Shown here in pieces: positions 9,256 through 19,144 of a stretch of DNA of 59,062 nucleotides. This DNA comes from a virus (taxonomy: Duplodnaviria; Caudoviricetes), in IMG/VR virus record IMGVR_UViG_3300023179_007765, positions 1-59,062 of that record. One strand, 5' to 3'. The translations under genes and the position numbers were made by a program. Within the stretch, counting starts at the first letter, position 1, and each line of letters begins with the position of its first letter. The notes beneath the pieces are model-generated. The model had not been told where the DNA came from. It did not search any database and worked only from the letters and a program-made list of their open reading frames with translations.

Positions 9256-10238
9256 CGATGAGCCCGCGTGCGCTGGCCTGGCAGCTGGCGTGCAGGCTGT
9301 ATGCGGTTGGCTACCCTGTCAAGGAAGCCAGCCTCAGCGGCAATGAGCGCATCGGTCTGAAACGGCTGCAGCAGGACAAGGCGGTGGAATTGGCACCGGT
9401 GCGACTGGACTATGTGATGTGCCCCTATTGCCAGCAACTGGATGGCCCGGTGACACTGGAGGACGGCAAGATGGTCTGTCACTGCCCGGACTGTGGCCCG
9501 GTCGAATTGGACGACGAGGACAAACAGGCCTGGCAACTCAAGCCAGGTTGGCTCGCCCGCAAGATCCGCGCTGCGCTCAACCTCGATGGCAGCCAATACG
9601 CCGAGCTGGGCCAGGACATCGTGCGTCTGGGACTATTTGATCGGCACCCGGTCGTGATCGCGCCCAAGCTCATCACCCTGCAAACCTGTCCGGATCTCAT
9701 CGAGCGAACACGGGTGGGGCGCTGCGCCGAGCCCTGGTTCTTCACGCCTCGGCCGTTGAACAATGTCGACACCCAGGTGTTGGGCCGGTCGGCCTACTGG
9801 TGGTCGCTGGAAGAACGGTTCGTGCTCTTCGGCGGCAGCTTGAGCTTCATCCCGCCAGGTGCGGTGATTGACGAACTGGGTAGCGAACCATCGGGGCCGA
9901 CGCACGGGCCGTTCTCGGCGGATTTCCGCTGGGTGTTTCTGGACGATGTGCCAGACGATCCTGTGCTGCTGTCGGAGAAGCAGAGTGCGATATTCAAGGC
10001 CTTGTGGCATTTTCGGGGAGAGCCACAGTCCGGCGAAATCATCCTGCGCAAGGCCCACGCCGAAAGCGACCGACCGGGCGATCTGTTCAAGATCAAATCG
10101 CAGAACAAGGGCGATCCGCGCTACGAACGGCAGAAGCTGGCGTTCGACACGCTGGTGATGCGCAAGAAGGACCGCGAAAGCAGTTACTGGATGCCGTGCG
10201 CGGCACCACTAAAGGTCAGCACACCCAGCACGGCCTGA
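9252..10238 (+). CDS. Hypothetical protein with a Zn ribbon and a possible C-terminal winged HTH
   Basis: CPYC...CPDC; C-terminal LSEKQSAIFKALW...; start overlaps the previous stop. Confidence 0.7.
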   Translation: MTMSPRALAWQLACRLYAVGYPVKEASLSGNERIGLKRLQQDKAVELAPVRLDYVMCPYCQQLDGPVTLEDGKMVCHCPDCGPVELDDEDKQAWQLKPGWLARKIRAALNLDGSQYAELGQDIVRLGLFDRHPVVIAPKLITLQTCPDLIERTRVGRCAEPWFFTPRPLNNVDTQVLGRSAYWWSLEERFVLFGGSLSFIPPGAVIDELGSEPSGPTHGPFSADFRWVFLDDVPDDPVLLSEKQSAIFKALWHFRGEPQSGEIILRKAHAESDRPGDLFKIKSQNKGDPRYERQKLAFDTLVMRKKDRESSYWMPCAAPLKVSTPSTA

Positions 10239-10260
10239 CCTGACACCTCCACCGCCCTGA

Positions 10261-10300
10261 CGGCGAGCCACTCGGATTCCGGGGGCTCGCCGTTTTCTTT
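10261..10300 (+). terminator. Rho-independent terminator
   Basis: cggcgagcc...ggctcgccg followed by ttttcttt. Confidence 0.75.
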
Positions 10301-10355
10301 TGGGGCGTCTCGGTTGCGTGCTGTCTTCTGCCGCCATTTGCTGGGCTTTCGGTCC

Positions 10356-10410
10356 AACCAGGAACTGCGACTTTCCCGCCAGTTCCTGGTTCAGTTCCTT
10401 ATCAGTTCCT
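10356..10410. promoter_or_regulatory. Operator-like repeat cluster upstream of the early operon
   Basis: 12-bp perfect IR aaccaggaactg/cagttcctggtt; CAGTTCCT at 10380, 10392 and 10403. Confidence 0.65.
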
Positions 10411-10464
10411 CGTTGAATTTCAAAACTGCAGGCGTTGTTCAACCACCTGAAAAGGAAACACGCC

Positions 10465-11019
10465 ATGCAGCAAATCACTGCAATTTCAACGGCCAAATCG
10501 GCCACGGCTTCGGCCACCCATCAACCGACTGGCCCCGTTCTCGACATCGGCAGTCTCCCCCTCCAACTCGAAGACCTGACGCGCGAGCGCATCAAGGCGC
10601 TCCCCAAGCCGGCACTGCAGGAGCTTTCCGTCCTGCTCGCCGAAATGGACCGTGGCATCGGCCACGCCCGTGAGCAGCTGACCGCTGCACTCGATGACCT
10701 CTACGGCGACGCCGCCCGTGCGCAATTGCTCGATGCGGGCAAGGACACCGGCACCACACACCTGAGCGACGGCGAGTTGGCCGTCACCGTCGAGATCAAG
10801 AAGTCGGTCGCCTGGGATCAGGACGAACTGGCCGCCATCGCACAGCGCATCGCCAGCAATGGCGACGACCCCGCTGAATACATCGACGTGAAGTATTCGG
10901 TTTCTGAGCGCAAGTTCGCCGCCTGGCCGGAAACCCTGCGTCGTCCCTTCGAGGCGGCTCGCACTTTGAAGCCAGCCAAGCCGACCTTCCGTCTGGCACT
11001 CGTTTGGGAGGGCAAGTGA
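10465..11019 (+). CDS. Phage early hypothetical protein
   Basis: KKSVAWDQ...YSVSERKFAAW motif typical of phage recombination-module genes; RBS aagga. Confidence 0.7.
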   Translation: MQQITAISTAKSATASATHQPTGPVLDIGSLPLQLEDLTRERIKALPKPALQELSVLLAEMDRGIGHAREQLTAALDDLYGDAARAQLLDAGKDTGTTHLSDGELAVTVEIKKSVAWDQDELAAIAQRIASNGDDPAEYIDVKYSVSERKFAAWPETLRRPFEAARTLKPAKPTFRLALVWEGK

Positions 11020-11876
11020 TGGCACTCCCAATCATCAGCGCCGACCAGCGCCTCTCAGAAAAACGCTGCGCCAAGGTCGCCCTTGTCGGGATTCCAGGGG
11101 CTGGGAAGACCTCCCAGATCCGCACCCTGAATGCCGCCAGCACCTTGCTGGTGGACACCGAGGCGGGCGACCTGTCCATCCTCGACTGGGCCGGCGACAC
11201 CCTGCGCCCGCGTACTTGGCCGGAGTTCAAAGACCTGGTGGTGTTCCTCGCTGGGCCGAGCCCCAGCGCCAATCCGGACCAGGCCTTCTCGCAAGCCCAC
11301 TTTGATCACGTCTGCCAGAAGTACGGCGATCCGGCGCAGCTGGCCAAGTACGACACCTACTTCGTGGATTCGCTGACCGTGCTTTCGCGGATGTGCCTGG
11401 CCTGGTGCAAGACCCAGCCGGCGGCCTTCAGCGAAAAAACCGGCAAGCCCGACACCCGGGGCGCCTATGGCTTGCTCGGCACCGAAATGATCGGCGCGCT
11501 CACCCACCTCCAGCACGTGCGCGACAAGCACGTCATCTACGTCTGCATCCTGGAAGAGAAGCTCGACGACTTCAACCGCCGTGTCTACCAGCTGCAGCTC
11601 GAAGGTGCCAAGACCTCGGCCGAGCTGCCTGGCGTGCTCGATGAAGTCATCACGCTGGCCATCTTGAAGGCAGACGACGGAACCCCCTACCGCGCCTTCG
11701 TCACCGGTGCGGACAACACCTGGGGTTTCCCGAGCAAGGACCGCAGCGGCCGGCTTGCCCCCATCGAAGAACCCCACCTCGGAAAGCTCATCGCCAAGTG
11801 CCTCGGCCGCGATGCCGTTGCGGCGCAGGCCACCGCTTTCCCCCCGGTCACCTCATCCAACGAGTCTCAGGAGTAA
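11019..11876 (+). CDS. AAA_24 / Sak4-like phage ATPase
   Basis: Walker A GIPGAGKT, FVDSLT, KDRSG. Confidence 0.85.
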   Translation: MALPIISADQRLSEKRCAKVALVGIPGAGKTSQIRTLNAASTLLVDTEAGDLSILDWAGDTLRPRTWPEFKDLVVFLAGPSPSANPDQAFSQAHFDHVCQKYGDPAQLAKYDTYFVDSLTVLSRMCLAWCKTQPAAFSEKTGKPDTRGAYGLLGTEMIGALTHLQHVRDKHVIYVCILEEKLDDFNRRVYQLQLEGAKTSAELPGVLDEVITLAILKADDGTPYRAFVTGADNTWGFPSKDRSGRLAPIEEPHLGKLIAKCLGRDAVAAQATAFPPVTSSNESQE

Positions 11877-11882
11877 CCCGCC

Positions 11883-12530
11883 ATGTCCAACTGGAACGAT
11901 TTCAACGACGCTGAACAGCAGCCGTCCTTCGACCTCATCCCGCGCAACACGGCGGCCAAGCTGCGCCTGACCATCAAGCCCGGTGGTTTCGATGACCCGG
12001 CACAGGGCTGGACGGGTGGCTGGGCCACCCAGAGTTTCGACACCGGCGCGGTCTATCTCGCTTGCGAAGGCGTGGTGATGGAAGGCCCGTTCGCCAAACG
12101 CAAGATCTGGTGGAATGTCGGCCTGCACAGCGCCAAGGGACCGACCTGGGGGAACATGGGCCGGACCTTCATCCGCGCCGCGCTCAACTCCGCGCGCAAC
12201 GTCCACCCCGCCGACAACAGCCCCCAGGCCCAGGCCGCCCGTCGCATCAGCGGTTTCGGCGATCTGGATGGCCTTGAGTTCGCCGCACGCATCGACATCG
12301 AGAAGGATGGTCGCGGCGAGGACCGCAACACCGTCAAGGCGGCCATCGAGCCGGATCACCGCGACTACGCCCTGATCATGGGTGTTCTGCCAAAAACGGG
12401 GGCTGGCAATCCGGGTGGCAATTCCGGCGCACCGGCCGCCGTTGCAGCGCCGGGCTACACCCCGCCTGCTGCTGCCGCACGTCCTGCCCAATCCACCGTC
12501 CCCAGCGGCAAGCCCGCCTGGGCGCAGTGA
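11883..12530 (+). CDS. Phage ssDNA-binding protein-like
   Basis: FDLIP N-terminus, Pro/Ala-rich tail ending KPAWAQ, follows the Sak4-like gene. Confidence 0.7.
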   Translation: MSNWNDFNDAEQQPSFDLIPRNTAAKLRLTIKPGGFDDPAQGWTGGWATQSFDTGAVYLACEGVVMEGPFAKRKIWWNVGLHSAKGPTWGNMGRTFIRAALNSARNVHPADNSPQAQAARRISGFGDLDGLEFAARIDIEKDGRGEDRNTVKAAIEPDHRDYALIMGVLPKTGAGNPGGNSGAPAAVAAPGYTPPAAAARPAQSTVPSGKPAWAQ

Positions 12531-12544
12531 GGGAGGGCGTGACG

Positions 12545-13405
12545 ATGATGAGCACACCTATTCTCACGACCAGCCACTACGGCGTGGTGCGTTTCGGTGA
12601 CCTGGCGGTCGAAGCCGTGGTGCTGGAAGACGGCACCCGGGGTTATGTCCAGCGCCAGCTGGCCACCGCCATCGGGCTGCACGAATCGCGCCGGGGCAGC
12701 CAGCTCAAGACGCTGCTGTCGGATGTGGCCCCCGGTGCAGCGGAGGTCCTGCAGGAAAACGCCTGCAGCATCCGTCTGCCCTCCGGCCAGACCACGGCGT
12801 TCTTTCCGGCCGGGGTGATCAGCGAGGTCGCCTCCGGCGTGATCGACGCCGCGCTGGAAGGCCGGCTGCACCGCAAGCGCCAGCACCTGGTGCCCAACTG
12901 CCAGCGCATCCTCAAAGCTCTGGCCAAGACCGGCGAGGTCGCGCTGATCGATGAGGCCACCGGTTACCAGTACCACCGCGCACCCGATGCGCTGCAGGCC
13001 TTGATCTCGCGTCTGCTGCGCGAGCGGGTGGCCAGCTGGGAGCGGCGTTTCAGCCCCGACTACTACCGGGCGCTGTTTCGCCTGTTCGGCTGGCACTACC
13101 AGGGCCATCAGCAAAACCCGCCGGCGGTGATCGGCCAGATCACCCTGCGCTGGGTGTACGACGTGATCATGCCCCGCGAAATCATCGAGGAGATCCGCAA
13201 CCGCAAGCGCCTCTCCGACAAGGCGCACCAGTGGCTCAGCGAGGGCGGTCTCGCCCTCCTGGAAAAGCAGATCCACGCGGTGACCATGATCGCGCGTTCG
13301 TCGATGACGTATCGGGACTTTGACACCCGCTGCGCCACGGCGTTTGGCAGCCAGCCGCTGCAGATGACCCTCTTCATCGGTGCGCTGGAGGGGGGCAATG
13401 AATGA
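12545..13405 (+). CDS. P63C-domain protein (phage antirepressor-like)
   Basis: ALIDEATGYQ, WERRFSPDYYRALFRL, KAHQWL. Confidence 0.85.
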   Translation: MMSTPILTTSHYGVVRFGDLAVEAVVLEDGTRGYVQRQLATAIGLHESRRGSQLKTLLSDVAPGAAEVLQENACSIRLPSGQTTAFFPAGVISEVASGVIDAALEGRLHRKRQHLVPNCQRILKALAKTGEVALIDEATGYQYHRAPDALQALISRLLRERVASWERRFSPDYYRALFRLFGWHYQGHQQNPPAVIGQITLRWVYDVIMPREIIEEIRNRKRLSDKAHQWLSEGGLALLEKQIHAVTMIARSSMTYRDFDTRCATAFGSQPLQMTLFIGALEGGNE

Positions 13406-13965
13406 CCGGGCAATGCTGGGCTTGCCGCCGGCAGGCCCGTGGCTTCGGCCACAGCGACAACCGCTTCAAGGTGGGGGAGTCCCGCCGGTATCCGATGGAC
13501 TGGGTCTTCTGCAGCCGCCAATGCCAGGACGCGTTTCACGCGATCTACGGGCAGTGGCTGCGCACCGACCCTCGGCAGGAGGACGTGCTCATGGTGGATA
13601 AGACCGAATTCGAGCGCGCAGCGATGCGCCAGTGTCTGAAGTGGTTCGGCGAGGCGGCTGGTGAGATCGGCTTCGACAAACCGCTCGGACACTACAGCGA
13701 GGCTGAGGCCTTGCAGGTGATCGAGGCCATCGTCACCGGCTGGACGGAAGCCATGGCAGCTCATCACCAGCAGGCGAAGTACCCGCCGGTGCGGGGCATC
13801 GCGCCCTACGAGACGCAGGCACCGCAGCCTGTGGCCACGTTGGAATCGGCGTCGGCACCGGCCTTCGACCCCGCCAATCCCTTCGCGGATCTGGAGGATG
13901 ACCTGCCCTGGGAGACCGGGGAGCCGGTGGTGGCCAAGGGCACTCAGCGTGGGAGGGCGAAGTGA
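13402..13965 (+). CDS. Phage protein, DUF6511-like with an N-terminal Zn finger
   Basis: CWAC...FCSRQCQ; acidic PFADLEDDLPW tail. Confidence 0.65.
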   Translation: MTGQCWACRRQARGFGHSDNRFKVGESRRYPMDWVFCSRQCQDAFHAIYGQWLRTDPRQEDVLMVDKTEFERAAMRQCLKWFGEAAGEIGFDKPLGHYSEAEALQVIEAIVTGWTEAMAAHHQQAKYPPVRGIAPYETQAPQPVATLESASAPAFDPANPFADLEDDLPWETGEPVVAKGTQRGRAK

Positions 13966-14723
13966 TGCTGGACTTCAATCATCGCCCCGCCTTCCACGAG
14001 CGGGTGACCGGCTTCATCGATTCCGCCCTGGATGTCGAGCGCGCCGGGCAAACCCCGCGCGACTACCTCGGCGCCTCCCGGCTGGGCGTGGCCTGCGAAC
14101 GGGCGCTGCAGTACGAGTACGCCGGTGCGCCGGTCGATCCCGGCCGGGGTTTCTCCGGCCGCATCCTGCGGGTGTTCGAGGTCGGCCATGTGCTGGAGGA
14201 CCTGGCCGTGCGCTGGCTGCGCATGGCTGGCTTCGAGCTGCACAACCAGAAGGCAAACGGTGGCCAGTTCGGCTTCTCGGTGGCAGGTGGCCGGATCAAG
14301 GGCCACGTCGATGGGATCATCACGGCGGCACCACCAGAGCTGGGCCTGTCGCTCCCGATGCTCTTCGAGTGCAAGACCATGGCCGACAAGCACTGGAAAG
14401 CCTGTGCCAAGTCCGGGGTCGCGTTCACCAAACCGGTCTATGCCGCCCAGATGGCGACCTACCAGGCCTACATGGAAGGCGCGATCCCTGGCATCAGCCG
14501 TAACCCGGCGCTCTTCACCGCCATCAACAAGGACACCCAAGAGCTGTGGTTTGAGCTGGTGCCCTTTGATGCGGCGCTCGCCCAGAAGATGTCCGACCGC
14601 GCGGTACGAGTGATCCAGGCAACCGAAGCCGGCGAGCTCTTGCCCCGCGCCTTTGCCGAGGCCAGCCACTTCGAGTGCAAGTTCTGTAGCTACGCGCAGC
14701 GCTGCTGGGGAGGTGTGTCATGA
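13965..14723 (+). CDS. PD-(D/E)XK (Cas4/RecB-like) phage nuclease
   Basis: YLGASRLG.ACER, GHVDG, FECKT, QMATY, CKFCSY...C. Confidence 0.85.
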   Translation: MLDFNHRPAFHERVTGFIDSALDVERAGQTPRDYLGASRLGVACERALQYEYAGAPVDPGRGFSGRILRVFEVGHVLEDLAVRWLRMAGFELHNQKANGGQFGFSVAGGRIKGHVDGIITAAPPELGLSLPMLFECKTMADKHWKACAKSGVAFTKPVYAAQMATYQAYMEGAIPGISRNPALFTAINKDTQELWFELVPFDAALAQKMSDRAVRVIQATEAGELLPRAFAEASHFECKFCSYAQRCWGGVS

Positions 14724-15199
14724 GCACAGCCTTCAAGCAGCGCAAACCGGCCAAGGCCACCCAGACGGTGTGGGTCGAGCGCTGGACGCCGCCCAAACCC
14801 CTGGTCGGGCTGCAGGCCATCGAGAAGGTGTTGAACCGTCACACCTTCCTGGTGACCCCTGAATCTCGGCTGGTGGTGGCGGTGATCGCCCGCGCCATTC
14901 ACGACAGCTTGAGTCTCTCCAACCGCCGGATGCGGCGGGAGGCACGGCGCTTTCTGCTCGGGGATGACCTCACGCTCTGGTGCGACCTGGTTGGCCTGCA
15001 TCCGGACTTTGTGCGCTTCGTGGCCAGGAAGGCTGGCTACCTCGCCGATGAAAAGGCGCACTGGCAGAAGGTTCCGATCAAGGTGCCGGTGTCTTCGGTT
15101 CCACCCGAGCCGGTGGTCAGCGCCAGCAGCTCACCCGTGCATTCCATCACCTGCCAAGCCCACACCCACCAGCCACAGGGAGGACTGATCCATGCTTGA
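14720..15199 (+). CDS. Phage hypothetical protein
   Basis: Translationally coupled ORF within the operon. Confidence 0.6.
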   Translation: MSTAFKQRKPAKATQTVWVERWTPPKPLVGLQAIEKVLNRHTFLVTPESRLVVAVIARAIHDSLSLSNRRMRREARRFLLGDDLTLWCDLVGLHPDFVRFVARKAGYLADEKAHWQKVPIKVPVSSVPPEPVVSASSSPVHSITCQAHTHQPQGGLIHA

Positions 15200-17516
15200 T
15201 TTCAATTCGGTGCCGCCGGTGGCCAACCCCACGGGCGGTGATCTCAACCAACAGCGTGATGCCATCCGAGCTGATCTGCTCGCCCGGCTGGAGTCGGTGC
15301 TGATGACGCTGCTGCCCGCCGGCAAGAAGCGTGGCCAGAAATACCTGGTCGGTGATGTGCTGGGCAGCCCCGGCGACAGCCTGGAGGTGTCGCTCAAGGG
15401 TGAGACGGCTGGCCTGTGGCACGACCACGCCACCGGTGAAGGTGGCGACATCTTCGATCTGATCGCGGCCCACCACGGGCTCGACACCCAGGTGGACTTC
15501 GCCCGGGTGCTGGAGACTGCTGGCCAGTTGGTCGGACGGGCCACCAGCCATCCGCCAAAACGCAAGAAGCCCGAGGTCCCAGTCGACGAGCTGGGTCCGG
15601 CCACCGCCAAGTGGGACTACCTGGATGCCGCCGGCAATCTGATTGCCTGCGTCTACCGCTACGACCCGGCGCCGGGCCGGAAGGAGTTCCGCCCCTGGGA
15701 TGCCAAGCGGCGCAAGATGGCCCCGCCCGAGCCGCGCCCGCTCTACAACCAGCCAGGGATTGCCATCGCCGAGCAGGTGATCCTGGTCGAGGGCGAGAAG
15801 TGTGCGCAGGCCTTGATCGAGACCGATATCAGCGCGACCACTGCGATGCACGGCGCCAATGCGCCAGTCGACAAGACCGACTGGTCACCGCTGGCCGGCA
15901 AAGCTGTGCTCATCTGGCCGGATCGGGACAAGCCGGGCTTCGGCTATGCCGAGGCCGCTTCACAGGCTGTGCTCATGGCGGGCGCCACCGCCTGCGCCAT
16001 CCTGTTGCCACCCGATGCCAAACCCGAAGGCTGGGATGCAGCCGATGCCTTGGCCGAGGGGTTCGATGTGGCCGGGTTTATCGCCACCGGACCGCGCATC
16101 ACGGTGCAGCCCTTCGAGGATGAGCCAGCCCCCTCTGGTGATTTCGGGTCTGCCGAGCACGCCGATGCCCACGACAGCGATGCCACGGTGTGGGGCACCG
16201 AGGATGCCCTGGCAGTGAGCTTCACCCGGCGTTACCAGCGCGACTGGCGCTACATCGCGGCCTGGGGCAAGTGGCTGATGTGGGATGGGCAGCGCTGGCG
16301 GGCCGAGGAGACCCTGGCGGCCACGGATCTGATCCGACACGTTTGTCGCCACGCCGCGGTGCGTGCAGATAGCAGCAAGGTAGCGGCCAAGCTGGCGGCC
16401 AGCAGCACCGTGGGTGGGGTGGAACGTCTGGCGCGCTCCGACCGTCGGCACGCAGCGACCACCGATGAATGGGATGCCGACATCTGGCTGATCAACACCC
16501 CAGGTGGTGTGGTGGACCTGCGTACCGGGCGGATGCGACCGCACGACCGGATTGATCGGATGACCAAGATCGCTTCGGCCACTCTGGTGCCGGGCAGCAC
16601 TTGCCCGACCTGGATGCGGTTTCTGGATCAGGTCACGGGGGGCGATGTCGAGTTGCAGTCCTACCTGCAGCGGGTGTTTGGCTACTGCCTGACCGGTGCG
16701 ACCAGTGAGCACGCCTTGTTCTTCCTTTACGGCACCGGCGCCAACGGCAAGTCGGTGTTCGTGAACACGCTGTTCACCCTGCTCGGCGACTACGCTGCCA
16801 ACGCGCCCATGGACACCTTCATGGAAACGCGCGGTGACCGGCATCCAACCGATCTCGCGGGGCTGCGCGGCTCGCGCTTCGTCGGCGCCACCGAGACCGA
16901 GCAGGGGCGGCGCTGGAACGAGTCAAAGATTAAGGAGATCACCGGTGGCGACCGGGTGTCCGCGCGTTTCATGCGCCAGGACTTCTTCACCTATGTGCCC
17001 CAGTTCAAGTTGGTGATCGCCGGCAACCACAAGCCGGCCATCCGCAACATCGACGAGGCGATGCGCCGGCGTCTGCACCTGATCCCCTTCACGATCACTG
17101 TGCCCCCGGAAAAGCGCGACAAGCAGCTGCAGACCAAGTTGCTTGCGGAGGCCAACGGCATCTTCAGCTGGGGTGTCGAGGGCTGCCTGGCCTGGCAGCG
17201 GGAGGGGCTGCAACAGCCTCAATCTGTGCTGGACGCCACGGACGAGTATTTCGAGGACGAAGACGCCATCGGGCAGTGGATGGGTGAGCGCTGCTATGTG
17301 GAGCCTGCCGCCCGATCCCTCACAGCCGATCTCTTTGCCGACTGGCGCGAGTGGGCAGAAAAGCACGGCGAATTCGTGGGCTCGATCAAGCGTTTCTCCG
17401 AAACCTTGGTCTCCCGGCGCTTTGCTCGATGGCGCAATCCGAAGGGTGCCATGGGCTTTCAGGGCATCAGCCTGCAACCCAAGGAATACCCCGGATACGC
17501 CCGTTACCCCGACTGA
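15192..17516 (+). CDS. Primase-helicase (Toprim plus P4/D5-family SF3 helicase)
   Basis: LVEGEKCA, WPDRD Toprim motifs; GTGANGKS Walker A; IKEITGGD, GNHKP, AMRRRL. Confidence 0.92.
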   Translation: MLDFNSVPPVANPTGGDLNQQRDAIRADLLARLESVLMTLLPAGKKRGQKYLVGDVLGSPGDSLEVSLKGETAGLWHDHATGEGGDIFDLIAAHHGLDTQVDFARVLETAGQLVGRATSHPPKRKKPEVPVDELGPATAKWDYLDAAGNLIACVYRYDPAPGRKEFRPWDAKRRKMAPPEPRPLYNQPGIAIAEQVILVEGEKCAQALIETDISATTAMHGANAPVDKTDWSPLAGKAVLIWPDRDKPGFGYAEAASQAVLMAGATACAILLPPDAKPEGWDAADALAEGFDVAGFIATGPRITVQPFEDEPAPSGDFGSAEHADAHDSDATVWGTEDALAVSFTRRYQRDWRYIAAWGKWLMWDGQRWRAEETLAATDLIRHVCRHAAVRADSSKVAAKLAASSTVGGVERLARSDRRHAATTDEWDADIWLINTPGGVVDLRTGRMRPHDRIDRMTKIASATLVPGSTCPTWMRFLDQVTGGDVELQSYLQRVFGYCLTGATSEHALFFLYGTGANGKSVFVNTLFTLLGDYAANAPMDTFMETRGDRHPTDLAGLRGSRFVGATETEQGRRWNESKIKEITGGDRVSARFMRQDFFTYVPQFKLVIAGNHKPAIRNIDEAMRRRLHLIPFTITVPPEKRDKQLQTKLLAEANGIFSWGVEGCLAWQREGLQQPQSVLDATDEYFEDEDAIGQWMGERCYVEPAARSLTADLFADWREWAEKHGEFVGSIKRFSETLVSRRFARWRNPKGAMGFQGISLQPKEYPGYARYPD

Positions 17517-17539
17517 AAAACCGAGCTGGCCGGGGCGGC

Positions 17540-17632
17540 CTGAAGGATTTGAAGGGTTTACGGATTTACGCCCACACGCGTGCGCGTACACACGTATGAG
17601 AGAGTAACCCTCAGACCCTTCAAATCCTTCAG
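17540..17632. repeat. 18-bp inverted repeat, probable replication origin
   Basis: ctgaaggatttgaagggt (17540-17557) and acccttcaaatccttcag (17615-17632) directly after the primase gene. Confidence 0.65.
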
Positions 17633-17672
17633 CCCCGGTGTCAGCTCCCGAACGAATAAGGAACTGAACACC

Positions 17673-18140
17673 ATGACGACAACGATTCTGGCCCTCGACC
17701 TGGGCTCTCAACTTGGCTGGGCATTGTTTGGCCGCGACGCACTCATCAACGGCGGTAGCGAGAATTTCCGTCCGCAGCGTTTCGAAGGCGGCGGCTTTCG
17801 GTACCTGCGTTTCAAGCGCTGGCTCACCGAGATCAAGCAGTGCGCTGACGGCATTGATCTGGTGGTGTACGAGGAGGTCAGGAACCACAAAGGCGTGGAT
17901 GCTGCGCATATCTACGGCGGCTTCATGGCCCACCTGACCGCCTGGTGCGAACACCACCAGATTCCGTACCAGGGTGTGCCGGTGGGCACGATCAAGAAGC
18001 ACGCCACGGGCAAGGGCAATGCCGGCAAGGCCGAAATGATCGCGGCGGCCACGGCACGCGGCTTTGAACCGGTAGACGACAACCACGCCGATGCGCTGGC
18101 ACTGTTGGACTGGGCGATGGCCCAAGGAGGTGTGGCATGA
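17673..18140 (+). CDS. RuvC-like Holliday junction resolvase
   Basis: ILALDLG, VYEEV, IKKHATGKGNAGK, DNHADALA. Confidence 0.85.
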   Translation: MTTTILALDLGSQLGWALFGRDALINGGSENFRPQRFEGGGFRYLRFKRWLTEIKQCADGIDLVVYEEVRNHKGVDAAHIYGGFMAHLTAWCEHHQIPYQGVPVGTIKKHATGKGNAGKAEMIAAATARGFEPVDDNHADALALLDWAMAQGGVA

Positions 18141-18505
18141 GAGCCGAGACCGCTTCCATCCCCTGCGCCCTGGGCAGGGTGGCGCCGAAGTCGCCGGCGA
18201 GCACCGACGAACTGCGTGCGATGCGTGCGGCCGCCTGGCACAAGCAAGGCATCGTGGTCGTGCCGCTGGACGAGATCTTTGATGACTGGGATCGGGCGTT
18301 TTTGACCGGCATCGCCACCAAGCTCTACGGTGCGCGCACGGCAACGACGAAGCAGAGCCGCCCCTGGAGCGAGGGCGAGGTGATTGATCGGGGTGATGGC
18401 GAGATCTGGACGGTGGTGGCGACTACGGGCAAGTCCGTCACCGTACAGCGTGACCGCGACGGTGCACTGGCGACCCTCGGGCAACTTGGGGAGGGACGTC
18501 CATGA
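18137..18505 (+). CDS. Phage hypothetical protein
   Basis: Coupled ORF (ATGA overlap). Confidence 0.6.
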   Translation: MRAETASIPCALGRVAPKSPASTDELRAMRAAAWHKQGIVVVPLDEIFDDWDRAFLTGIATKLYGARTATTKQSRPWSEGEVIDRGDGEIWTVVATTGKSVTVQRDRDGALATLGQLGEGRP

Positions 18506-19089
18506 CCAAGAAGACGAAACGCGCCAAGGCGCGAGCCGAACGCAAACCACCCATCGGCCATGAGCTGATTCGCCCGGACGGCAGCGTGATCCGCTACGTG
18601 CGCGAGGAGGACGATGACCAGAAGCCCGTCGACCACTACCGCACGGTGGACACGCTGGCGCTGATGCTCCGAAACGGCAGCATCACTGGTGCCATGCACG
18701 ATGCAGGGCAGCAGTTTTCGCAGGACTTTGCCCGGGCGTTCGGCAGTGGTGTCGCAAGCCCCAAGCTCGATGGTCTGCCCGGTGGCACGGCGCCTGGGCA
18801 GATGATGGTCGAGAAGAACGCTGGCGCTGCCCGTGCGGTTCGGGATGCGCTGGAGGCGGTGGGCGGCAGTGGCAGTCCGGCGGGATCGGCGCTGTGGTAC
18901 GTGGCGGGGCTGAGCCAGTCGGTCCGGGAGTGGGCGCTGCGCCAGGGCTGGGCCGGCAAGGCGATCTCCCTGCACGAAGCCAAGGGCATCCTGATCGCTG
19001 GCCTGGGGGTGTTGGCTCGGTACTACGGGTACGACCGCAGCGGCAGTGGACGCAGTCGGCGTCCATCGCAGGCCGAAGCCGTTCCTTGA
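18502..19089 (+). CDS. Phage protein, DUF6456-like; possible late-gene regulator
   Basis: Last gene of the early operon; C-terminal HTH-like SVREWA...LGVLARYYG. Confidence 0.55.
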   Translation: MTKKTKRAKARAERKPPIGHELIRPDGSVIRYVREEDDDQKPVDHYRTVDTLALMLRNGSITGAMHDAGQQFSQDFARAFGSGVASPKLDGLPGGTAPGQMMVEKNAGAARAVRDALEAVGGSGSPAGSALWYVAGLSQSVREWALRQGWAGKAISLHEAKGILIAGLGVLARYYGYDRSGSGRSRRPSQAEAVP

Positions 19090-19126
19090 CAAGCAAAGCG
19101 GGGTTGGGTTTAATAACTGTTATTAA
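19086..19126 (+). promoter_or_regulatory. Promoter and operator of the toxin-antitoxin operon
   Basis: TTGACA 19086-19091, 17-bp spacer, TTTAAT 19109-19114, overlapped by the palindrome ttaataac-t-gttattaa (19110-19126). Confidence 0.75.
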
Positions 19127-19144
19127 CCAATAGGAGGAACAGCG

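Noticed and set aside
13965-14723. Cas4-like nuclease as evidence of a CRISPR-Cas system
   Set aside because: No repeat-spacer array or other cas genes were seen, and it sits in an ordinary phage recombination module.
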